Below, piece by piece: positions 11,456 to 26,309 of a DNA stretch of 64,000 nucleotides (its first letter is position 1; each line of letters begins with the position of its first letter). This DNA comes from Chrysomallon squamiferum (taxonomy: Eukaryota > Animalia > Mollusca): NCBI GenBank assembly GCA_012295275.1, contig CM022666.1, positions 10,292,001 through 10,356,000 on the forward strand, in the 5' to 3' direction. The notes under the pieces were generated by a model. That model saw only the letters and a program-made list of their open reading frames with translations. It ran no database searches and was not told where the DNA came from. Both the position numbers and the translations under genes were made by a program.

Positions 11456-14400
11456 CTGAAAAATAAAATACAAATATTTTTAGAACATAGTACACATAAC
11501 ATGATTGTACTTATAAAAGTGAATTCTTTTGACATTTCAACCTGCTTGGTGAAAAGCTATAGTATTTTTTAAACATTTATTTAAGAAAATGTTTTATTTA
11601 AAGGTGAGATGACTAATATTTTTAATTTGTGTTTATAAGGTGAATTTGTCATGATGGTAATGAGAGAGGAAGCATGCAACTACCCTTTTGTCTAGCAGGA
11701 AGTGATTTTTTCAGTATGTATCTTGCCACAGACAGTACACTATTTGATAAATAAATCTGTGGATTTAACAGGACTGATCCTGTGATTAAACATGCCTCAG
11801 GCCTGTCCTCTAGCAGTCAGCCTGCTATTAACTTAAAAACACTTTCGGTAGTTTTTAGTGCTGAGTTTATTTAAACATAGCAGTTTAAAACACTAATAAC
11901 TCTCATACTAAAAATTTAATATTATTCTTCTTTTTAAATTAACATCTCACATTTTAAATATTAAAAAATCAAAAATATATTAGTAAAATATAATAGTAAA
12001 ACAAGTAAAATACAATAATAAAATATGATGTAAATTTAGCATGTTAATTAATAATGGTGTAATTTCACATTTTATGAATATGACAATTAAAATAGTTATA
12101 TTGTTAGTAGAATGGATATCAGGTGTTAATGATCTAAGATAGGAGTTCTACTTGTACTGATTAATAATCGTTTATGTGTATTTGGAAAATCAGTCTTCTC
12201 ACATTAACTACAGCAAGAAATTATCCACTGGCTCAACAAAAAGACATTATCTTTTTAACAGCATATACTGACTACAGCGGGTTTTTTAAAAAGTTTTTAT
12301 AGTCAGTCTGCTGAATCCTGAAATTTACTATTGACAATTTTGTTCAACTGAATTTCCAAAATATCCTCAACATTTTTGAAAAAAGAATCTCCTGATTACA
12401 TACAGCAGGCACTCTGATCAATAAGATTTACACAGGTTTTAACAGTTATGCAGGTGTAATGAACATGCTAATGAACAGATTTTTAAATAATATTTGGTTC
12501 TTGTGATCTGAATGTATCCCAGCATTAGAAATCAAATGTACAGAAAATATTCTTTTAGTCACTGTTTCTGTGACTTTTTCATTTATTTCCACCAAAGATA
12601 ATATACATATAAAATTTATTATCATTATTAACATAAAACTGAAATCTACAAATAATTAGCAAGGCAAAAACAAAGATTTTTATAAACATTTTTAGTGCCT
12701 GTGGGTTTTTTTTTTTTTTTTTGTGGGGGGTTTCAGAGGGTTATATTGATTATTAATAATCTGACACATCATTTAAGTATTTCAAGACACTTGCTTAAAA
12801 TATTGAAGATTTATCAAGTTCAGTCCATATTTAATTTTTTTTGTTACAAATAACAGTTTCTTGTTTTTCTTCATGTCTAATTTTATGAAAACTATTTTTT
12901 TATATAAATACATAAAATATCTAATACTAATTTGAATATGTTTGAGTACATTTTACATGAACAACATGATTCATTTATTTTTAGTTCTGAAAATAAGTCA
13001 TATCTAATTCATATATGAAACAAAGAAATAAGAAAATATCAAATAATAAAAACAAAAATTTTAAAAAATACAAATCTGAAATAAACCCAGATGACATCAA
13101 ATTAACAACCCAATCCTGTTGAGAAAAAAAAATTACAGATGAAAATGTTTTCTACAGAAGAAAATGGGGAAAATAGTTAAAAACAAAGAATAAAATATTG
13201 AAAAAATCAAGTAACTAAACATCAAAAATTCTCATTTATAATCTTAATGAAAATGTCTGCCATGACAGTCTAGCAAGATCATCATACATGCTTCTATACA
13301 TCTACACATGCATCCCTCACCTCCTCCATCAGGAGCAAGGCTCAGAAGCAAGGTCAAGAGGAGGTGTCAACTGTGTTTAACTCCTCAGGAGACTTAGTCT
13401 CCTCCTCCTCCCCCTTAGGCACTACTGGAGAATGATTTATATTTCGTTCTTCTTCTCCATCTGCTGTGATGTGGACTACAGCATGGGAGATAAAAACAAA
13501 TAAGTTTAAAATATTGTACAGTTTTCCTGTGTTAAAAAGTGTAAAACACCGTTTATAGTTCCATGATAAAATGACATATATTGACAGCAGATATTGTTAA
13601 AGAATTGCAAACATTAACATGTCAACCAAACGTCAAACGATTGGCTATGTTCAAAATACCCAATGTTTTGTTTAAACAGTGAAAAATATTATACAAAGTT
13701 CCAATTAATGATAAAGTATATTGTTAAAACTAAATGGGCTACATTGTAATATGGTGTTGTTAACAAATTATACATTGTTTACAGTATAAATTGTTTGGTG
13801 AAATGTGTTGCTAAAATGGAATAGGATAAAAATATTGATAAAATACACTGAAGCTAAAGTCTGGTTGAAATTAAACAAAAATATAAAAATTGTACAATTC
13901 TATATCTAAATGTAAAAACATTAACAATAATGTGTTGTTAAAAAAGTCTGGACTAATGTACAAAGATATCTAGTTAAGTGTCAAATATATTGATAATAAA
14001 GTGTTTTTAAAATGCCATTTGGCTACATTAACATTAAACAGTACACTAAAATTAAATAAGTGGAAAATATTATACTAAGTTTCCTTTTACAGTATTGAGA
14101 ATATGAATATAACATGCTGTAAGAGTCACCACCATCACCATTTATAACTAATCCTGAAAACCATATATAAATTTTTAAAACTGTCATGTAATTTTCAGAT
14201 TCTCATAAAAATCTAACTAGTAATATCAGTATCCAAATTAATCATTTCCATATGATATCCAGTATACAAATTCTATTAGCAGGCTTGCATTATTGTAAAA
14301 GTTATGGAAAGTAAATACTTTTCAGATGTTAGTGCTAGAAATATACAAGACATATAGGCTTAGATATCTAAAATTCTGTTTCAAAACAGAGTCTTTATTT

Positions 14401-17400
14401 ATATTGTTAGTCAGTTATATTTCAGCACAATATTTATATGGATAAATATGATGATGTATGAAGCCGTCCAGTTACCAAGAAAAGTACTCCAGCACTGACA
14501 AATGATTTAATAAAATGTTAGTTTAATGTGTTGTGTTTCACTTACCAGACTATTTCTCCAAACCTGAGAAGAATCATATGGGTGTCACACAAGTGTTAAC
14601 TATATACTAATAAGTCATATGTATTTACATATATATATATATGTATGTATGTATGTATATTAATATGTAATAGAAATGTTTACTCATATAACATACTTTT
14701 ACTTATATCATACTCACATTTCATAATTTTTATTAAAAAAAAAAACAGATTTACTAACAATTTAAACTGTCTTATTTCTAACGAAACACCTTTTTACATA
14801 AAATGTGAAACATGAAATTTTTTTGTCAGTATTTAATTTGATTCAAAGTAACAGATAAACAATCTTTGTTTTTACTGCTGTCATTATTAACTCTAATTAC
14901 GCTATTCAGGGAGGAACATGATGTTAGATTGTGTACAGCTGATATCTTTGTAAACATCTTATTGAATTAGTAATAAAATCTGTGTCTCACATAAAAATGT
15001 AGTAACCAGAATTCAAGCAAATTTGTTTAACATAGCTACTTTTAATGCAATATAGGTAAAAGAATATCACCCATGTTTATCTACAAGAATACAATTAAAT
15101 CTATATTTTCAGACTGAAAATAGTAAGAAATGTACAGAAAAAACATTCTTACCTGAACTGGAGACTGATGGTGATATTCGACGTAAGGTGGGTTCCAGGT
15201 AAGTTGATGGAACCCATCCTTCATCATAGTTTGACAAATGTTTTGCATACCACCAGCCATTTGTTCCTACACGCAGAATTTCTAAAACATCACCTTCTGA
15301 AAGTGCCAACTCATTAGTGTCCACAGGTACGTAGTCACCCAGAGACACAAACTGATCTCGGAAAGAGGGCTGCAAAATAAAATTGAATTATTAAATGAAA
15401 CATATTTTTAAAATTTGTAAAATACATGCACTTACATGTATTGAATATTTAATTAAATACAAAATGATGAAAAAATATAATAATTAAATAATCAAAATTA
15501 CTTCTTTTTTCTTGAGAATTAGGACACATTTGTGCAATAACACATAGTTTTCAAAATTATTAACTAACAACAAGTTTTTTTCTTTGTTTTTTTCTTTCTA
15601 AAAATCATTTATTATTAAAAAGGTCTATTAAGAGATGCAGTGTAGCACATACCTCTATTTTTGGTATATATTGATCAGAATGCTCATCTTCATCTGTGTT
15701 AGAAAACTCTCCACTGGACCAGCCCTCATCTTCTCCATACTCAAGTGCCAGGGTGGGACTAGAAGGAGAGTTATCTGGTGAGACCATGCCCAGACCTATA
15801 GGGACTGTTGTATTGTTGTTAAGTGAATTCTGAGATCTCCAGTTGTCAATACTAAAACACAAAACAGGTTTTTATATCCACATCAAACTATCCACCATCC
15901 AAAATCATAGACATTATATTATAAAGAGGGTAACCATGTAAAATAGATTTTGACTTGTTTACATCATTTCTGAGAAGAATTTTGAGATTATTCAATTACA
16001 AATATGTTCACTTTACTATTTCCTCATTCTTACCTTTTGATAGAGTTTTGTGAGACGTGACTTGAAAGATGTTCATCAGATATTGGGTTGGTTGTATGTA
16101 CAACTGAAAAATAAAATACCCATGTATGTAAAACATTTCATATCACACAACAATCTGGATGTGGAAATAAACATGTAAAACATCATTTACCTTTCAAATC
16201 ATCAAATTGATTCAGCAGAACTTTCTTAATCTCCTTCACCCAAACATCCTTTACTTCAAGATTTGGAGCCTGAAAAGCAAAATTAAATTACATTTTATTT
16301 GTTGTCATAGCATGAAAATATTATATTCATTATAACGTAATAAGACAAATGATGATATATGTTTAATGTAACTATAAATTAATAGATGAAAATAAAGATC
16401 AAACCTGAATGGTGTAAACCTCTTCACGACCACGAAGCCATAACTCAAATTTTTTTTTATCTCCCTTGATATTTTCTGTCAGACCAACTTGTGACAGCTG
16501 CAAACACAAAACAGTGATATTTGTTTTTATGTAAGTAATTTAAAAAAAAAAAGAGGAATATGTTTTCCTGCAAATCTCTTGGTGAAAATATATATTTTAA
16601 TTTAATAAACTAATTATTAATAAATATGTTAGCAGGCTGACAGAAACATATATGAAGTATAAATCTGTTCTGGCAAAATTTATAAAATTAAATTACAAAT
16701 GAATAAATGACAAAATATATTATATTTAGAGTATAAATTAACAAAATAAATTAAATTATAAACAAGGTTACAATGTATAAATAATAAAATAAATAACACC
16801 TGTAACATTATTTTTAAATATTAAATGAAATATCATATATCTATATATGTACACATGTATATACTTCAAAGGAATAATTAATCAAGTAAAAGTGAACATA
16901 TATATAATATACTTTAAGTTTTTTTTTGAAAGTATAAACAGTTGCATCAGAGTTGTGATTGTCTTCCTTCTTCTTACACAACAGCAGTGAGCGTTCATAG
17001 AGAAACAGATGTCGATGCATGGCTTTGAACCGCAGATCTCGAATACGATCCTTCTTGTGTTCAGTCCATACATTAAAACTACCGTGCATCAACAGTCGCC
17101 CCAGATCTGACAGATTTTCCTTAAAAAAGAAAAAAAGAAAAGATTAATCTAATTTTTTCATTGCTTTTGTATAAAGATATATTAATAATTAATTATATAA
17201 GTTTTCAGAAAAGTCAATAAAAATATTTTATGAATGCATAACTGAACATAAATTCTTGTTGAAATGCCAATTTACTTATTATTCCAGAAATTATATGAAC
17301 ATCTTTTTACATGATCATTGCTTAACATTTCTTAAAATGGTGTCAAAATGTAAGTCCACTACAAGCTGAAGATCACATTAGATCAAGTTAAAGTAAGTAG

Positions 17401-17738
17401 CTGAAAATAAGAATATTTCATTTAAAACTCTGTACTAACATTATAGCCTACAATGGACACTTGGTGCATGCTGTCATTGAGATAACGTAGGACTCCCAAC
17501 ATTGTGTCAACAGCTTCCTGTAACTGACTTTCCAGTTCTTTGTCATCACCTGTGAATCTAAGCATTTCCTTAAAAACAGAACAAAGTTAGGGTTTATAGC
17601 TTTCTATCATTAGATATCTTATACTAAAACATTCTCATGAACAATGTTGATAGCTTTTAGATTTCTCAACATATCTTTTAGATTTCTCAACATATCTTTT
17701 AGATTTCTCAATATATTTTAATTAAACTTTTTTTGATA

Positions 17739-17769
<31 letters not shown>

Positions 17770-18396
17770 ACATGATTTGTGTCTACTTTAGAAAATCTCC
17801 CATGTGTACTTGGGTTATACATTTCACATATGTACTTCTAAATGGCAGCACTTAACAAATTATGAAATCCCCAAAAAATAATGAAGTTAAAATTTGATTT
17901 TGAACAGGGCTTTCTCACAGCCTCAGCATGGATGAGGTTAATATTGATATATATAATTTGTACAAGAAAATTCCATTTTCTGATTTTCACAATTACCTTC
18001 AGTAATAGCTGGTACTTTGTGATTCTCTGGATTGGTTTTAACAGAAAAGCACCAAGTGGTAATTTATGACCAAGTCTTCTTTGACATTCCTAAAATAAAA
18101 CATAATACAGCCTCAAAATTCATCAACAAAGAGGAATGAAAAATAAAAACCAGTAACCTCAAAGGTCAAATATAAACTTATAAGATGGAAGTGGATCAGG
18201 GCATATCAGTAAAATACAAGAATTGTGTATCACACTTATAAACCATTCAAATGGAAACAGTCTAAAGGAAGACCAGTAAGAAAACAGAGGCACTAGATGA
18301 TACTGGAAAGTAACTGTCAGTATATAGCATAAGACAGGAAGATGTATAAGCAACATCGGAGACTTTAGCCCAACATTGTGACACTAGAGCTGCATA

Positions 18397-18428
<32 letters not shown>

Positions 18429-21400
18429 AATGATACATACATACGTACATATTTTTGATTATCTTAATTACAGATTTTAACACTAATTGTGTGTGTTTGA
18501 AAACAGAAAAAAGCCAGTGAATTAATTACTTTAAAAAAAGGATTATTATCACCAACAGCAGTTCTAAGAGATTCTGATTTTGGTTTGTTTTGGCAGTAAA
18601 CACTGTACCACTGGAACTCCTCTTTCTGGAAAAAACCAACAATAACACCAAAATAAAAAAAATTAATTAACTGTTTTAATACTTTTCAAATCTAAAACAG
18701 ATTTGGTCAATATATCATGGCATTCATAAATTTGTCTAAATAATATTTATGAAAAGAGAGTGACTTGCTTTTTGAACAGTTACTTTATTGAGTAAACAAC
18801 ATATCTATGTTCTTAATGACTTTACACTACTGCAGTAAAACCAAATCAGTTCATTTAATATCAGCTGATACAAAATATGAACGTCTCTTATAACTGTTAA
18901 AATAAAAATGAAATAAAATTTACTCTGTTGATAAAACAGCGGCCCACTTTGGCAGGAATGTCCCGGCAATTTTGTAGTTCTTGAAGAAAAACTCTGAAAT
19001 GAAAAAACAAAAATTACTTTAATATTTTCTCAAAAGACATCAGTGGTATTAATGTTCTTAAAGAAAACTTTTTAATAAACTATATGAAAATAGAATAAAA
19101 GTCAAATCTTCAAAATACAATCCCTAGTAAAATATTTAAATTTGGAAATAGTTAATGGATGAGTTGATGAAAATCTAACATGATCCTAAGCAAAATTGAA
19201 TTTCGGTAATTTTTGTAATAACTCATAACAAAATTACAGATGTATCAAAAGTGCTGTTATTTAAATGAAGAATTCAAAACCAGAAAGTAAAACTGAAAAA
19301 CAAATCTAGTCAAGCTAATACATCCAGTCTTTGTAACTAACAGGATTAACTATTACTAACTCTTTGTGAAATTTATAGATTTGTTCTAAATTTCCAAACA
19401 AAATATTCTTCTTTCCTTCAAGTTCAGGTGGGATTAAATGTTGCATGGATCTGTTGTTCATCTCCAGGTAATAACCCTGAAAAAACAACAACCACTGTTA
19501 CACACTGTACCAAGACTACATCTATGAATTAGTTATCTGTTATTAATTAAATATAAATCTTTTATACAATATATTGAAATATATATAATTCATAGCATAT
19601 TTTAGAAATATGTTTGATAAAGAAATAATCACAAATACATTTAACCTTTTCCCCCTCAAGGAGAGTAGTAGATGTGGGATTATATAAGCACCACAATGGA
19701 CTGAATAAATTCATACTTTAGCAGTTGATACATATTTTGCCAATGTTAAATATAAATTGTGAATGATTACTTAAGGTATTCAAGAGATTAAATATATTTA
19801 CCATGTATATTTCTTCAAGTTCTCTCACATATGTAGTTTCTGTTTCTATCAACTCATTCATAACATGTCTGAAAAATGCAAACCATACACACTTGTATTC
19901 TACAACTGTTTTATATTATTTTTTGATTGATTATGTATTGTTTCATCAACGAAATAACATAGCTGCCTCAAAGTTCAGCAGATTATAATTAGATATTTTG
20001 ATATATGAACTTGCTCATACCACATCTACCTATGTAATAACAAGCTCATTATGAGGTCTGTTTTTTTCATAAAGTTATATTGTCTGGCATGTGAAACAAA
20101 GGGCATCACAACAAAGAAAATGGCTTAAAGAATAAACTATTCTATTTTTCTACTTTATGTGTAAATATAAATAAACTGATGTAAAACCTCCACAAGTATT
20201 GATAAAACTTTGTTTTCTGACATGTTTACCTGCGTTTAGCCTGTAGTGTGTCTACATCCTGCAGCGATGATGATGATGTAGATGAGTATGAACTACGCTG
20301 AGTGTTTGAATCGGTTACCATAGAAATATCAGACATGTGTGTCAGGCTGCTGTTGCTGCTGCTGTAGGCCTGTGAACCAATGTGGATGGGATGCTGGATA
20401 TCTGATTTGTCCAAGACACGATGCTAGAAAGTAAAACGTGTTCTTATTATATAAACATTTGTTATTTTATATTTTTAAAAAAATAATTTTAATTATGATG
20501 ACTGGAATTATGTAAGACACTACCAACATTTTATGATTATCAATCAGTTAGCAGCAAACATGTTTTACAAGCATTTCTATATGCAGGAAAGCAAATACGG
20601 AGAAAAATAAATGTTTGTCAGTAGTGCAATGAGTATATCTGATCCGTCTCTAACCCCTGAGCTGACACAGATTGTACATATCATTAGCTGCAGTTCTTAC
20701 ACCTTTTATTTAAATGTGAAATTTAATTTAATCAATTTATGGATTAGAGTAATAATATAAGATACCTTTTATTTGAATCAATTCCTTGATTTTTCACTTT
20801 GTTAAAAATTAAATACTCTCACCCTGGCTGACATTGACAATGGACTTCGTTTATTATTTTCAGTTATAGTTTTCTTTCTCAGGTCCCCATCCAGCTCTGA
20901 GTTGTCAAAGCCATTGTATGGAGAGACAGGCTCGGGGTGAACATGCTGTACAGGGCGGGAGCGGGAGGGCTTGGAGGCAATACTTTGCAAACTCTCCTTC
21001 CTCTTTTCACACATCCTCTGTACATCTTCAATTCTCTTCAACACCTGCTGAACAACAGCCTGAAACACATTCACAATGTCACTTAGTGATAGCAGTATTC
21101 ATTATCTATTTATTACAAATATTGTAAACATAATATATTAAATATTTATTCAATGGTCAGTTACACATTTTGCAAACACACTGATACACTAATATTAGAT
21201 TTATATTTAACAATGCATTGTAGTGTAAACTATTTATTATAAATAAACTTAGGAACATTTTACATATTCAATTAAGATTTATTATGGTACTCCCTCATAA
21301 TGTTTATTACATTTACATAATCCTGTTAGTAGGTTAGTAGAAGAAATGTTCAAACTGTTAATAAAAAATAAAACAAAATGATCCATAACACAACAGTAGC

Positions 21401-24400
21401 TATGTTTTTATGTCAATGGAAGACACCTATGTTAACACAGGTAACATTTAGACAATTAACTGTAACACAGATTGTTACATATTTGTTAATTAATTTTCAC
21501 AGTAAAATGTTTTATGCAGATATGTTCTAAGCTGTATGAAGTGGTTAAGTAAGACCTACTCGTGTTTCTGCTGTCATCATACCATCAAAGGCCTGGTGGA
21601 ATTCTCGTGGGTTGCTCAGTTTAAGATCACGAACTGTACCAAGAAAGATTTCTATTTCTCTGAGTGCATTATCTGCACCTGCCTGAATTTGACACTGTTC
21701 TATAGGCTGACTGGCCAACATGTCTACACCTCGGTTACACCAGCGATTTGCCTGAAATCACAATTTATGTACATTCATTGAAACAATATAAAAAGCATTA
21801 TCTAAGAGGTGAATCCACTTGTGGTTATGTTTAAATGTCAGTTTTATTACTGTCACGGAATTCAGATTGCGAAACCAAATTTGTTACTTCAATCACATCT
21901 GCTCTTTTTATTTTTAAAGATGAATTTAGATTGAGTAACTTTAACTGTTACTTCAAATCACATCTGCTTTTTTATTTTTAAGCTATGGAATTGAAATTGC
22001 TTAACTTTAACTATTACTACAATGACATCTGCTCTTTTTATTGTTTTCACAATTTTTTCAACTCCATGGCATTGTTATAAAAGGGGCTGGCATTTGGTAA
22101 TTAATCTTTCTGCGATGGACAGGCCCGCTGACCTGTCAGAAAGCGTGCCTGTCGTAGACGTGCTTCACAACAGCTAGCTCTGATTAGCACGTTAATTTTT
22201 TTCAAGGTTTTAAGGTAATTAAGGAGAAAGAAGTAAGCAAAGTAAGCATGAGCGAAGGAAACAATCAAGATGAGAATTCAGTCAGGCAGGGAAACCAAGT
22301 GTTTTTGAATGACATTGTCTTTACAGAAAAGTAAGGTAAGCAATTGTCTATTCTTATTTTGATTGGGTGTAATATGCAATTAAACTGTGCCAGTAACATT
22401 TATTATACCTAAAATTTTAAGGTTTTAATCTGTCCTCCATTCAGATTCTTATTTTGTCTTGGTTCCCCATATGACCTTTCTCATATCGTTAATCAAAATT
22501 ACTTAAACGTATGTTTTATGATTGTAAAATGTGTTATTATCAAGTCACCTGTAAATCATAATTAAATAATTAAGGTGAACCTTAACTTGTGTTGTGTTTA
22601 TTTCTTTAGTGGATAGGTAGACTTATTGATTTTTGTAGATTGCTATCAATTTAGCGTTTATATTCCTTGTTAGGTGGCCATTAAAGCACCTTGTTACCCT
22701 AGACTGTGCCTTAAAAAAAAAACATACAAGGTGTTTAAAGGTGTGAGACCTGTGACAATTACATTATTCATAAATGTTATTAAACATAAAAAGTTAAAAT
22801 AAATTTGTCATTAAACACCATGTGTAAAACTTGGTTAATTTGGATACTGACCTTTTCCAGTCTGTCATGGAGATCTTGGGACTTGGTGAGGATTTCACGT
22901 CGTCGCCGTAACAACTCTTTATACTGCTCACACATGCGCTGTAGCTCCATACACTTCGGCCGTATAGAGTCAACAGCATAGTGTTCATCTGCTATGAGCT
23001 GCTCCCCATTAGCACGCATATTTTCTGCAAGTTCTAAGTCTCTCTGAAAAAACAAATTTTTCCTTTTTTAATATAATAATTATCATCCTTTCCTTTGTTT
23101 GTAACATATTAGCCAGCAAAGGTGGCTCCATATTTTAATCCAGTATTTAATATTTTTGTGTAACGTCTAATAAACAAAACAGACTACGGGAATTCAATAA
23201 CATTAAAGATTAAATTAACATTTAAGTTTAATGGTAAAATTGTGATGGCTCTTGTACATACATGTTGTTATTGTTTTATTTTAATTTTAATTTTTTTTTT
23301 TTTTTCTTGTTTCATGATTATACAATGTTGTTTGTTTTATTTTATTTATTATTCTTTTTTATTATTATTACATTTGTTGGCAATGTTTTTGTTGTTTTTT
23401 TTTTGTTGATTTTATTTGGAATCATCTTCATTTTTTTTCTTTTTTTTTTTATCATCTTATTTTTTATTCTTATTTTTGTTCCCCCTTATCAGTATTTATT
23501 TATACACACAATTGAGTGATTGTAATTTTAACCATTTCTTTCATCTTCAAATTCTTTGTATTCAAAAATTAGATATTTTGACATTTTTTTAATAAACTGT
23601 TAGTATACACTGATACATTCAAACATACATCTGACTAACATATTTCTTATTTGAATAACATTTCCTCTAACAGGTAAGAACCTGTACAATAAATACCAGT
23701 TTCAAACACATGCTGAATTGAATGGCTGACTGTTAACAGACAGAGAGATATTGTCTGCTGTAAACTGTGTATGAAGAACTGTTTGTCAGAATGCATAAAG
23801 AATGTCTACACCAAACAACAATTTTAATAGCAAATTATGAAACAGAGTCATGAAGAGCTGAATAAGCATATCACTCAATTCCAATCACAAAATAATATCT
23901 CAGTGTATTGAGTTAGAAACAGGATACCCTCACCTGACTTACTGTGATTTAGGAAAATAATTTGCACTGGTTAATGGTTAAAAACATAATGAATATTACA
24001 CAGTAAAATAGATGAATCAAAGTCATACAGAAGAAATTAAATACTGGCCACTTTGTCACATTAAATAATGTAACAACAACCTGACACTAATTAAAAAACA
24101 ATATTATCAGTCTGTGTGAGCCTATGTGTCTATCTGCATATGTGTTCAACTGCATGCATATGTGCATGACAGTAAATGTATGAATACACATATGTCCATG
24201 TGTATGTATGAGTGTCTGTGTCTGACTATAATTGCTAAAACAAATTCTACAATGTAAAGTGAATTAATATTTTATATGTAATTAAATATATGTAAAATGT
24301 TTAAGTATTTCTTGGTTATAATATTATTTATAATGACAAAATGAATCCATAAATATATAGAAATTGATGCAAGGAAGGAGGAAGTCCTGATTTAAAGAGA

Positions 24401-26267
24401 AGATAAGTGATGTAATTTAAAACATTTGTCAGATTGATACAGATATTCTCATTATAAACTCTCTTCAATTTAAAAACTATAGTTCTACAGAAATTTAGTT
24501 ATTTATAAAAATGAAGTCTATTTCAATTCCCTATAGATGAAACAAAGCCCACTAATTAAATATTCAAAAAATAATAATAATAAAAATAAAATCAGAAAGA
24601 AAATGATTATTAAATTTAGATTTTTCTAAAATAGTAAGGAAGGAGAACAAATATTTTATTTATTATGAAAAATGTAACACACTTTGTGTTGTACTTGTTA
24701 GTGTTACTGAGTAATAATATTGGGTTAGTAATTACAAACATGATACATGTGACTGGTGTCTGCAATTAACACAAAGTACGCTTAAATAATGGTGTAGCAT
24801 GGAAATCAACAGTTCACAAACAAATTAGATCAGTTGTACAGTGCCCCTTATTAAAAACAAAATATGTGTACCCATTACTGTATATACAGAAACATATAAT
24901 CATGCCAACTAATTAGCTAAAAATACTCAAATAAAACATGAGAAAATAAAAGACATGAAAACAATTCTATGTAATATATATATATACACACACACACATA
25001 TACACATACATGCATATACACACTTCTGTTAATGTACCAGTTAATATATATATATATAAAAAAAATATAAAACAGCTGTCGATTATTTTGAGTTCAAAAA
25101 GCACTGTGTATATAAACATTTATTACTAAAATCATATGCATATAACATACTAAGATTATTAACACCAAAGATAAAAAACATTAGTACTACCTAATCTAAA
25201 TAAAAAGTTTGTTATCAAACCTTGTTATTAGAAATCTATGTGGAATAACACTGAGTTTGTAGCATGTGATATTTCCAACATGTAGGTAGCCAGGTAAATA
25301 AACCTATCACAAAGGCTACTCTTAGCTTCTGAAGTAGGTCAGACTTGGTCCTAGACTGGTGTCACAGTCATTGTAGGAACAGTCAAGGATAACCCCACAA
25401 ACCTTTGTTGTCACAGAAATAGTTTATAATGACCCGGAAGCAGTGAAATATGAGTAACAGCATGAGAAAAGACTTGCTAAAAAGTTCTTGCAGATTTAAG
25501 AACATTCTTCTTATTGCCATGTCAAATATAAAAAACCACAGAGGTTATGTTTCACAAGCCATAAATATACATACACAATGTAATTTTCTTCATAAGAAGT
25601 ATACAGCTAATTGTATATATAATTTATAAAGAAAAAAAAAAAAAAAATTTCATTATTAAATAGTAATTAGTAATGACCATATTTTGAAAATTATCTTATA
25701 TCAAAAGTATGATTTTTAAAGATACAAATAAATATACCTTCAGATAATTGCAGATTGGTTATGTATGTGATTACAGAGTTAAATACATACATACTTACAT
25801 ACACATACATACATACATACATATATACAGAAGAATATATATGTAAACACACACCCAGTTACTAATAAGACAGTCTAGTATTTATTTCTAGTAAACATTT
25901 TTTTTATTACCAGACATGTTTGTTTTGTGTGAAAATAACCCTTAACACTTTTCATATTAGTCTGTTTGTACACATGTATCTGTCAGAGCTGTACAATGTC
26001 TGTTTCTTAGTGAAATGTCAAAATCAGATTAACTCCATAAATCTTTAATCTCAGGGTTCAAGTCTGTTAAAATAGGCAAAAGTACAAAAAAATGTAATTT
26101 GAAAATAATGTTTAACTATGAGTAATTTGTTTAATATACATTTGTTATGTACTGAAGTGAAAGTACATGACCTGATGGAAATTAAAAAATGATGGCTTTT
26201 CATTTTTATATTGTTACTTGATCCAGATCTGACACAATTCTAAAAGATGATGAACAATCAAACAGTT

Positions 26268-26309
<42 letters not shown>

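Noticed and set aside
16450-16927. Two A9 runs in PH-domain exons as possible frameshifts or assembly errors
   Set aside because: Both read in frame as Lys-Lys-Lys, and the PH sequence is intact on both sides.
18262-18483. Poly-His ORF
   Set aside because: A (GAT)n microsatellite in the intron between DH exons 17 and 18.
23262-23519. Phe/Leu/Ile-rich membrane-protein-like ORF
   Set aside because: T-rich low-complexity intronic DNA.
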